Part shown: positions 54,221-64,000 of the stretch, piece after piece
Layout: every line of letters begins with the position of its first letter
Position numbering within the stretch: the first letter of the stretch is position 1
From: Chara braunii
Lineage: Eukaryota > Plantae > Charophyceae
DNA: 64,000 nucleotides
Assembly (NCBI GenBank): GCA_003427395.1
Contig: BFEA01000025.1
Coordinates: 1,292,823-1,356,822 of the forward strand
Direction of reading: 5' to 3'
Notes under the pieces: model-generated
Databases searched by the model: none
What the model saw: the letters and a program-made list of their open reading frames with translations, nothing else
What the model was told of the DNA's origin: nothing
Translations under genes and position numbers: made by a program

Positions 54221-56225
54221 CCTTTTTTTACACGTTCAGGTGGTTTAACCTTTTTTTACACGTTCAGGTGGTTTAACCTTTTTTTACACGTTCAGGTTTG
54301 TCAACGCAACGCAACGCAAGCTGCAAGCTGCAAGCTCTATGTTTGTTTCTTTTTTTTTGCATGTCGGATTGCTCGCCCTTGGCCCGGTTTTGTCCAAACA
54401 CTGTGACATCCAATGTGAGCATGCCAGGCAGCTCTTCACTTCAGTGTAAGCTGGAACCTTACAGAAGGCCCAGGTGAAGGAAGGATTTCCCCAAACTTGC
54501 CTTATTTCGGCGGTTATTTCTCTTTCTGTCTATCAAATTTTACCAATAAATGGTCATGCATGCCATCCAACTTTTCAGTGCACCATGGCTTGGGACTCGG
54601 GGCCCAACAAATGGGAACTCGGTTATTCTTTTTCCACCTGGCAAACGGGGGGGTTGACAGAACTACCAGGCCTAACATTGGTTCAGACTCTATGCGGAAA
54701 AAGGCGGGGGATACCCGTTTAGTGGTCGACGTGGCTAAACCGCCAGCGTGCCCTGATGAGCTGCAGGTCCCAGGGAATGAAGTGGTGGCCCACCCAGTCA
54801 AACATCATTGTCCTGGCCATCAGAAAGGGAGGATGATTATATGGACAGTTAGACCGACTAGGAAGAGAAGCTGAATACGGCGGCCTGAGATGGGCAAATT
54901 TAAAGAGGTCTGTGTCACTGATTTAGTGATGCGAGGGGGCAGGACACCTGGGAGAGCTTGGACAAGGCTTTACACAAATATTTTCTCAATGGCTCAACGA
55001 TATCTGGGACGCTGGACCCAGTTTCCAGTAGGTGCAGCTCCCCGCCTATAGAATGGACTCGAAGCGACCCCAGTAGCGAGGGGCTGTTATTAGGGGATGC
55101 TCTTATCACCCCGACAACAGCCCCCCTGTAAGGTTTTTCTTTTTGAGAAACAGAACAAAACTCACGGGTGCATTTGGCCTCCATTTTTAGACCACCTCCA
55201 CACTAAGCAAAACTTTCTTCCGCATCAGTTTTGACATGAACCCAAATGTCTGCACCGTCATGAAGCCGGGCCTACCAGGAGCCAGCAGCCTAGTAGTATA
55301 CAGGCCGGTGGGTCCAACTTTTTTTTTTTTTTTCTTCTTTTTTTTTCTTTTTTCTGTTAGTAGCCGCTCCATCTGTTGGTGGGGAGCATCACCTGCTGGA
55401 AACCGGGTCCAGCTTCCCTTGAATACATCTTGGCAATTCGTGAAGTTTGAAAATGACACCACAGTGCTGGAAACCGGGTCCAGTGTCCAATATCCAAACG
55501 CTTCCACCTCTGTGCCTATCCCTTGGCGTAGGCGGGTATTGGGGGGGGTGGCCACCGAGGGGCACCAGTGGAGTCTCCCTCCTTTACCCAGCCTCTGCCC
55601 ACCGTCTACCTCCTATGTGGTGTCCAGAGGCATTATCCAAGATAAGGTAAACACTGTTTGACTGCAAATGACTGCAAATGACTGCAAATGCAGACTAACG
55701 GTGGGTCCAACTTGCCCACCCTAAAAAAAGAAAACTTGCCCACCGCCCCCTTTTGGACGGACCATTGCAAGCCTTGCCTGGGCTGCGGTTCATCAGGGAG
55801 CGCGGCGATACCTTGAAATGGTGTTTAGCGCATGGCGGAGGGAGTGGAGCGGTGAAGTGCACAACTTGAAGCAACCAATCAATGACAGGCATTCATGGCT
55901 ACATTGCAAAACACCACTTAGGTTTTTTTTTTCCGCCCACTTTATAAAAGTCCAGGTTGTTGTAGAGGTTGGATTTCTAGACATATGAGGGGCGCCGTCT
56001 GCAAATTTATCACATGACCCTGCATGTCAGAACAGGCATGAAGTCGGCGACTTCCCCACTATGCTTCATCTCCTCTCATGATGTTGTTTGTTTGAGCCAA
56101 CCACGGTTGCGTCCATTTTGAGTTTCGAACAGGGGAAAAGAAGCACACACCTGCATGCCAGTCCCGCACCGACTTTGAAAAGGCAATAAAACAGACCCAG
56201 TAGTTTGTAAACTTTTTGTTAAAAC

Positions 56226-56291
56226 ACCACTACCTCTGAGCCTGTTTTTGCCGACCCTGATTTTCAGCCGTGCGGCATGCGACTGAAGGGG

Positions 56292-56327
<36 letters not shown>

Positions 56328-56468
56328 CTGAAAGTCTGGCAGTGTTTTGCTTTTTTCCTTTCTTTCAGAAGAGTACCAGAAAAGAAACACAATGGAACCC
56401 AGGCTCCGCAAAAACCAGCGCACAGTCAAAATCCGAGTCGGCAAAAACAGGCTCAGAGGTAGTAGTGG
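56226..56468. mobile_element. Fold-back element with TIRs of about 35-40 bp (possibly CACTA-like)
   Basis: cactacctctgagcctgtttttgccgac ... gtcggcaaaaacaggctcagaggtagt. Confidence 0.6.
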
Positions 56469-56824
56469 TTAAGAAAAGGGAAAAAAAAACAGGAATAGGT
56501 GTGCTAAGTGCTTACACCCAGAACCTCCAGCAGATACTACGGTCTTCACTAGAATAGAACGCCCTGTCATTACAGCTGTATTTTGCGACGATTTTCAGTC
56601 CAGATGCAGCCTTAATGACTGGCCGTTCTATTTGGGCGAAGACGGGTAATAACCCTGGTGCCTTAAGGCATGAGATAGGGCCATAATTGGCCATGTACAC
56701 ATTTTTTTGTTTTGGTTTCTCCTTTAGTTCCACTGAATTTTAAACTCTTGATTGCTATCTAAAGGTCCAAAGCCTTCTGGGTCAGGGCAAAAAGAAACAG
56801 AAAAAGGAAGAGGAATACTTCTGG

Positions 56825-56870
56825 GGTCCTTCGCAAGGATGACACGCATAAATCGAGAAATGGTCCATCA
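56825..56870 (+). pseudogene. U6: Internally deleted U6 snRNA retrocopy with 11-bp TSD
   Basis: G-GTCCTTCG fused to CAAGGATGACACGCATAAATCGAGAAATGGTCCA-TCA. TSD aatacttctgg at 56814-56824 and 56871-56881. Confidence 0.85.
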
Positions 56871-59659
56871 AATACTTCTGGCCCAGGGCCCTTCTATTCT
56901 GGGAGGTGGCAGCCTGGTTCCTTTTCCACCAGCAAGCCAAAAGAACATAATTAATTACACACCACTCAACACCTCAGCCTGGTTCCTTGATCACGGCTAA
57001 GGGGACCAGCGTGCCAAGGACGGCGAGTACATTTCCCAGCTATCGGGCGCGGTCCCTGCGCATCGAGTTTTGGCGGCGCATCTGGCCTCTGCCGTAGACT
57101 GAGTGCAGCCTCCGTGTTAACCAGCACCAAACGGCAAAATGGCTGGGAAAGGTACTGGTGGTTTAATCCATGCAAGTGGGACCTTGGCCCAGGCCAATGG
57201 CCAATATCTGTTAGTTCCCTTTTTTTTCTTGTTTTATTTGAAATTTGTTTAGTTCATGGCCAATACGAATCCGACATGTCCAAAAGGACCATTCACTTCT
57301 GAATGCCCACACTGTATGATCTCAAATTCTCGAAAACAAGGGTACTACGCACTAGTAGGGAGCGTAAGGACAGCAGAGCCCAGGCCTACACTGCATGGCT
57401 TACCTGAGTGATGGAACAAGGTGTCCTTTACTCTCTTCCCTCTTCCCCTGAATGCCATGCATACAAGCTATCTTTCAGGTCCAGCACACTGTCAGTCAGG
57501 ATGAGGTGTGCTGTTGTGTCGGGGAAAAGACAGTTCCTTTGCATGAACCTACATACTTAGGTGAAATGTTGCACCAATAGGCCAAGAACAGGCTTTTAGT
57601 TAAAATTGACATTTTTTTTTTTTTTTTTTTACTTTCATGAAATTGGGCAGCCACTTTCATGAAATTGGGCATCCAAAACAAAACAGCTTTTTTTTCTGTC
57701 CCCACAACATCACACCATCTGAGGGCATACTCACACTAGCATGCATTTTCATAAAATCATAAATTATAGGTGATTTTTTGGGTCACAAGGGCTACGTATT
57801 TTGCGTTTTCACTCAAACAGGCACGCAAATGTCAGCGGCTTGGACAGCCGCCGGGTTACGTTTTTTACAGGAACCTTTGGAGGTCCTTTGAATTGCGTAT
57901 TTCTTTAGACCTGTTTCTTTCTGGAAACAAAAAAAAAAGAATTTGACGTTTGGTGGGCAGCTCTGGTAAGAAAAAAAAAAAAAAAAAGAGGAAAAAATGA
58001 TGGATTTTTATGCATCGTGCTGTGTGACCTCTCGGGCCGTATAATCGCATTCCCCAGAGCAGGTTGAGACTGTGTCCTTCCTGTTTTGTGACATATACGG
58101 GTGTGCTGTGTGACTGGGAAGTGCCATATAATCACAAATTGGCTCACATATGGACCCTCAGATGTATTTTGTACTTTACGTCAAGATATCTGCGGACGCC
58201 AGGCATCAAAGGTCCAACGCTGTGGAGACCAAAAAAATACTGTTTTTTTTTTGGACACCCAATTTTGTGAAAATAGAAAAAAAATGTAATTTTTTAACTA
58301 AATGCCTGTTCAGCAACCTACGTTACCAAAGCGGCCAAGGGCCAGTGGAACAGATGAGCGAACGCACACGTGTCGCTGAAGCCAAGAAGAACGCACGCAT
58401 TGCCGTGCAACGAGGGGCCGAATCAATTTGAACAGTACGTTTCCTAAAATAGAGTAGAACGTCCTCGTCGGATGAATTTGGGCGCTACTGTAGTGGCCTG
58501 TACGTTTCCTAAAATCGTTCTGGCTTGTTAACGGGCACAACTTTAGGAAGTACTGGTGGTTTAAGCACAAGTCGCCAAGAAAATCCCATCCTGCACCATA
58601 GCCAGCTCCGGAACAATTTCGACAAGAACCGAGCAACCACACTCGAATGGCCCAGGACCACTTTCTCAACCAGTCCAAAAATGGAAAAAAAAACAAAAAT
58701 TGGGAAAAAAAAGTCGATCTGACCCTGAGGCAAAAGTTTATTTTTCTGCACAACACAGTTTTTTTCTGGATTCGTTGGATTTGTTCTTTTTTTTTTGGAG
58801 TAACTTCGGCGCAGTCACGAAAACAGTTCGTAATTGCACTTCAGGCAATCCCGCGAATACAACACACCCCCACGCGACCCCACCGGACCCGAAACGTAGG
58901 TCATATACATTCAGCATTACCGGCCCTTTTGCCTCAAGTGCAATTACAAACTCAATCCCTGACTGCACCGTCGTTTTCTCTTTTTTTTCAGAGGGACCTT
59001 CCTTGGCCCTTGCCTGGCAGGGCCGGCCTGGGAAACCAAGGTGACGCGTGGGGTCAGGTTCATAATATAGCCAACAATCTCATAGTATGTGATTTCTCCT
59101 CCTGCAGAGCGATGTGCTTATGATTGCAGTTTGATCGAATACCCGTGTTTTTTTTCTGCGCCAACCTTCAAGTTGACTCTTTACGATCAAACCTCTACTC
59201 TTTGCTCCCATCTTCCACCGCTTCCCATCCACTCCACCTTCTTCCTTCATCTTTCTTCTCCTTTTTTTTCCCACTAGGACAGCTAATTCATTCCTGCCTA
59301 GTTTTTGCAAATTGCAGCCATCACCAGAAGCTATTGTTTTGGTTATCTCCCACTGGCAGCTCCGACTTCCTCGACACCTCCTTTTTGGAGGCTTTCTTCT
59401 TCCATTTCATCTTTTTCTTCTTCCCACTCGCCACCTTCTGTTTCCCCTCCCCACTTTTACCCAGAAGGAGGTTTTTTTTCTTCTCCTTCTTCTCAAAACT
59501 TTTCTTATGGGTTGTTGAGACCCTATTCCGGAGCAGCCTGTCTTCTCCTCATCCTCTTCCTGTACCTTTTCCTCTTCCTCGTCTCTCTCTCCCTTCTCCT
59601 TCTGCTCATGGTTTTTACCTTTTACCACTACATCCCGGAAGTCAGATTTACGAAAGTTC

Positions 59660-60070
59660 GAACACCGATGTTCTGGACAGTCCGGATCTCCCTCTTCATG
59701 AAAGTATCCATTATAGGCCCTACACCAGGCGGAGTCTACACATGCAACTTCCAGCTCGACATAACTCTACTTTTGCATGTCCACAATCAAATATTTCTTA
59801 TAAGCAGTTTGCGCTGTAGGCACCAGGTGAAGGTGGGTTGACCACAAGTCCGGGGCGACCGGGTCGGCAAAGGCTGGGGCAGCTCTCAATACGTCCCCAA
59901 AAGCCTTCTTCACCACCCCTTTGATGTGTGGCAGAACCGAGATTGGAACCTGGAGCACTTTAATCCAGAAGTACTTATATGTCTGTCATCCATGGTCGAA
60001 ATCTTACCCTATAATTTCTCTTATCCATCTCGATATTGTCTTCTCCTTCTCGGAGCCTCTACAAGGCAAT
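59660..60070 (-). pseudogene. Degenerate LINE (L1/Tx1-like) ORF1 remnant
   Basis: Frameshifted, stop-containing translation YRVRFRPWMT / YFWIKVLQVP...KAFGDVL...*SYVELEVACVDSAWCRAYNGYFHEEGDPDCP. This fits the ORF1 W-I-x-x-x-x-V-P region and a decayed zinc knuckle. Confidence 0.6.
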
Positions 60071-60171
60071 CTCCTTAGTGCTTGTGTGACGTCCAACCTC
60101 ACGCCCGACACGACTTCCTGATCGGAGTGTGAGTGGGCCTGGAAGTGCAAAAAGGGGGTGTGGCAAGGATT

Positions 60172-61050
60172 TTAGGAAGGTGGGGGTGGAGTCCCAGGTC
60201 GGAACTGAGATCTCCTGTGGCAAGTTTCAAGGATAGGAATGCAAGAGGATAGGCACGGGTCAAAGTCTGTTTCTATGCTTCTGAGCGTGGGGCTACCACC
60301 TCTGTTGGCTCCGTCCTTTGGGTCGTGCAGTCCGACCACTTGTTGGCGTCGTGTGTCACTGGTCTCAGAATCCGACGCGGCTGGCCTTAGCCGAAGGCTG
60401 TGCGCCCGTCGTTCTTCCTCCGAGCGAGTTCGCCGGATGAAACCAGAGGCTCGATACTCGTGGTCTTGCAAGCACTCTGAGCACGGGGGTTGGGGCCAAT
60501 ACGGAGCGATTGCGCGCCAAGGGATGATGGTCTGTGAATGGAAGGGCAGTATGCGGTGGTAGGGAGGGAAGTCGGTTTCCAGAATAACTATTCCCGGTTC
60601 CTCGACAAGGTGACACGTGTACGAGCTGGGGAATTCGCGATGGTGGGGAATGCGCTCTCGAGCTCGGTCGATGTCCCACTCGCAGATACGTTTGTTTTCC
60701 ACCGGGTATGGAAATTCAGGTAGTTCTCCCCTCGGCTGTGCAGACAGACACACGTGCTCCCAATACTCCCAAAATTCTGGATCCCTCAGACACCCCTGGT
60801 CAGTAATACGAAGCGGGAGTTCAATATTCATGTTGTGGGGTGAGGCGCAAACTCGATCATTCAAAAAGTTGGACTGAGCACAGACACTGCGGACACGTGT
60901 GTAGGCCACGTTCTTCTGATCGAGCTTACACGTGCGTGCGCAAGGCCTGCCCTTCGGTCCGATGGGGAAGGACCAAGGACCCGCGTCTCGTACACGCTGG
61001 CCCGTCAACCGCAGGTGGATAGTCCGATCGTGAGGCATACATCTGATCAT
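60172..61050 (-). CDS. Uncharacterised 292-aa ORF in retroelement-like context
   Basis: Long, non-repetitive, stop-free frame with ATG and Cys/His clusters. No family recognised. Confidence 0.3.
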   Translation of the reverse strand: MIRCMPHDRTIHLRLTGQRVRDAGPWSFPIGPKGRPCARTCKLDQKNVAYTRVRSVCAQSNFLNDRVCASPHNMNIELPLRITDQGCLRDPEFWEYWEHVCLSAQPRGELPEFPYPVENKRICEWDIDRARERIPHHREFPSSYTCHLVEEPGIVILETDFPPYHRILPFHSQTIIPWRAIAPYWPQPPCSECLQDHEYRASGFIRRTRSEEERRAHSLRLRPAASDSETSDTRRQQVVGLHDPKDGANRGGSPTLRSIETDFDPCLSSCIPILETCHRRSQFRPGTPPPPS

Positions 61051-62992
61051 CTAGCATGCTTATTTAATTCGGACAGACGAATACCCATCGTCCACACGTC
61101 CAACTTCATGCATACATAAAAAACAAATGTGACAATCATTCATGCATCAAGATCGTACAAAATTCGATCGTAGGCCATTAACCAATCAATGTGGTCCATC
61201 CATATAGAGGGACGAACAAAGTGGGAGAGACAATCATGCATCAATCAGTAGAGACAAGCAAAGAAAATATTTAAGATGCCGTTCGAAAGAAAGCAAAAAC
61301 GACTTGCGCCAGATACCAAAATTGTTCAAAGGGATAGAAGAAGAACACCACAACATCATCCTATAGTGAGACGGTCATCTTAATAGTCTAGCACACCTAT
61401 CCTATTCATACATAGACTCAGACAAAACCACGCCTGAACACAAGTTCCTCTACTCCGACCGCTACCCCAACATAAACCGTCACGCACAGGGTGAGAAATG
61501 TTACCAAGATCCTAGAATCCTTCCTAATCATTAGGGCTTACAATAAAAGTTTACCTGGCAGAGGATACACTACTAACTATGTGTCAGTGGACCCGAATGT
61601 TACAGTTCACCTTCGCTTTCCTGATGTGTTGTAGCCAACGAAGCTGGCTGATGTGCTATAGCCCTCGTCGTCGAACTGATTCCCCTATGCCTCAGGGAGT
61701 CTTATTCCAATCCGCTATGACCCAGGTAGGGCGACGACCATACTAGGCAAAAAAACTTCCCACGCAGGAAGGGATCTTCGGTAGAGATGGCATGAGTCAG
61801 AGAAAAACTAGTTCTCGTAGCAGCTTCACCCACATAGCACACAAAAACTATGGAGGAGACTCATGCTACACAAGGGCAGACTTGGAGATGTGACACCACT
61901 CCCTAGCTCCTGATGGAGGTTGGCAGAATTAACCCTAAACCTAATTCGTGTCTAGCGCCGAATGGGGATTAGCGCTAATGCGAAATAGTGGACAAAATTA
62001 GCGCAGTTCACAACCGTTCGGGCCCCCCTATTATCATTATAGTATTAGGGGGAACCCTGTAGCAGCCAGCCCGAGTTCAAGCCTCCAATGAGGGAACTTG
62101 CGGAGGCTGCACCCGACCTCAAGGTGGGCAACATCGGCTAGGGGTCAGCGAGTAGCATCAAGACCGAGCTTCTTCGATGGGCCAATCGCTGCACCTCCTC
62201 CCCTCTGTTTTTTTTTTTTTGTGGGAGAAACAGTATTGATTTATTGGCAAAGGATAAGATGTGGTTGTTCGATGCCAAAACGACGCTGGCCGGTGCTAGG
62301 GTGTTGCCTTGTAACCTGCCGATGCAGGAGCGTGAGGCCTGGTAGAGAGATCTGGGGATGCTTTGGGGTGGGCATCCCAAGGGACAGCCAAGGTTTGCTG
62401 CTGGGACGATGCTGGTCGGAGCTGGGGCGAGTTGTGTTGCCCTTTAACCCAACAGGGTGGGGGCGTGAGGCATGGAAGAGCTCAACAGGGAGTAAGACTG
62501 TGTTGGAAAGTCTTAGAAGGGCTTGTCAGGAATTATGAGGGTTGTGAGCATTCGTAGGACCTCTGTGGAAACCTACTGCACGAGTAGTTCCTTAATAGGT
62601 CATTAGATATTCACGGACTGATCTCAGCCGAAGCCGGGTAATGGCCCTGGTATCTCAACTGATCGCAAATGTTCTCAAATGTTCTTAATGATCTGTACAA
62701 TTTGATATGGGACGCTGGGCCCGGTTCCCAACACGTGTTGCTCCCCACGAATTGATTGGAGCATTTGATTTCAAAAAAAAAAAAAAAAAAAAAAAAAAAA
62801 CCNNNNNNNNNNNNNNNNNNNNNNNNNNNNNNNNNNNNNNNNNNNNNNNNNNNNNNNNNNNNNNNNNNNNNNNNNNNNNNNNNNNNNNNNNNNNNNNNNN
62901 NNNNNNNNNNNNNNNNNNNNNNNNNNNNNNNNNNNNNNNNNNNNNNNNNNNNNNNNNNNNNNNNNNNNNNNNNNNNNNNNNNNNNNNNNNNN

Positions 62993-63033
<41 letters not shown>

Positions 63034-64000
63034 CCCAGGTTGTTGTAGAGGCTGGACAGACATATGAGAGTCACCTTCGACACTTGGCCATGTGGTAGAG
63101 ACCCCCTAATCCTATTGGACTCCGTCCCAACCTACCTCTTTCGCAATTTCTCCCAGCGCACTCCTACTCCCACTACCCTACCTCAGTGTCTACCACTCAG
63201 GATCGTCACCCTCCAGCCTTGGGGGTGACCTGATCGAACCGTGGTTGTAGGTACCAGAGCTTAGCTGAGTCCCACACACCCCACTCTGCCCTGATAAAAG
63301 CATATTTGTGCGAGCCTTGTCGCCTAGGTACTTCATGTGCTAGGTACGGACGTTTCAGTACAAGGCCCATCGGTGGACCTATTTTGCGTTCCTATCGTTG
63401 TGTACACAACTGTTGTTACTGTTGTTTGTTGTTAGGTTGTTCGTTGTGCACACTGTTGTTATTACTACACGTTTGTTGATAGTGAACCGAATATAGGAGG
63501 CAGGCAACACTGTGACGAACTGTTTTCCATAACCGCGCGACTTTCTGCGCGAAGATGCTTCACGGGTTCGAACGGGGTGGTCGGACGAGGAACATGAGGA
63601 TGGGTCAGCCGGGCAAGTTGCATGGATGCCCTTGCTTCTTTCTTTTCGGACTTTCGGACCAGGGCTGAGAAAATCCCACACAGACAAGTTGAGTGGGCGC
63701 GAAAGTATAACTGTTGCCATAGCTTCTTTCTTGTTCTGTTGTGGGAACTGAGAATTCTTGGCGGAATCGTCGCGCGGGAACGTCGTTTTCAAATTTTTGA
63801 ACTGATGTTGAGCCCCCGCGGACTCTCGAGATTGTTTTCCCTTCGGAATTTCTTTTTGTAAATTAGGATTTATATAGGAATTTAGGTACCTTAGAAATTT
63901 CTGCTACACTGCGCTTCTTGCTTGCGCACGTCCCGCCGCGGTGGGGACTGGGCTGTGACTGTATCACGCCCTTAATCTTGCGTGTAACTGTAATTTTTGG

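Noticed and set aside
52104-55200. Short ORFs that might be transposase remnants
   Set aside because: No recognisable motif and multiple stops in all frames examined.
61100-64000. Possible LTR/PBS/PPT signals (ggtaccagagc at ~63250, tgtatcacgccc at ~63960)
   Set aside because: No paired LTRs or gag/pol ORF are present in the window, so the motifs are too weak to call.

Overview
This is eukaryotic, repeat-rich, gene-poor draft-assembly sequence with several N gaps and one retained Nextera mate-pair adapter. A plant-type U6, the microsatellite style and the L1/Tx1-like LINEs suggest a land plant, probably a liverwort or other bryophyte (inference). Nearly all ORFs in the supplied track are microsatellite or TE noise. 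One spliced gene can be built by hand on the minus strand. Five phase-consistent exons (34025-25449) encode a polyQ N-terminus followed by a LamG/ConA-like segment resembling the N-terminal region of plant STAT-like SH2 proteins (Arabidopsis SHA/SHB). Two tentative last exons (20938-19651) end the protein before any SH2 domain. Other content: a 5'-truncated LINE with TSD, a decayed LINE ORF1, two TSD-flanked U6 snRNA retrocopies (one full length, one internally deleted), a dispersed hammerhead-ribozyme-like motif family next to microsatellites, an organellar-type SSU rRNA fragment, at least three MITE families, a 21-bp repeat array with inverted copies, and an AT-rich block. All protein and RNA family assignments come from remembered motifs, not from database searches.
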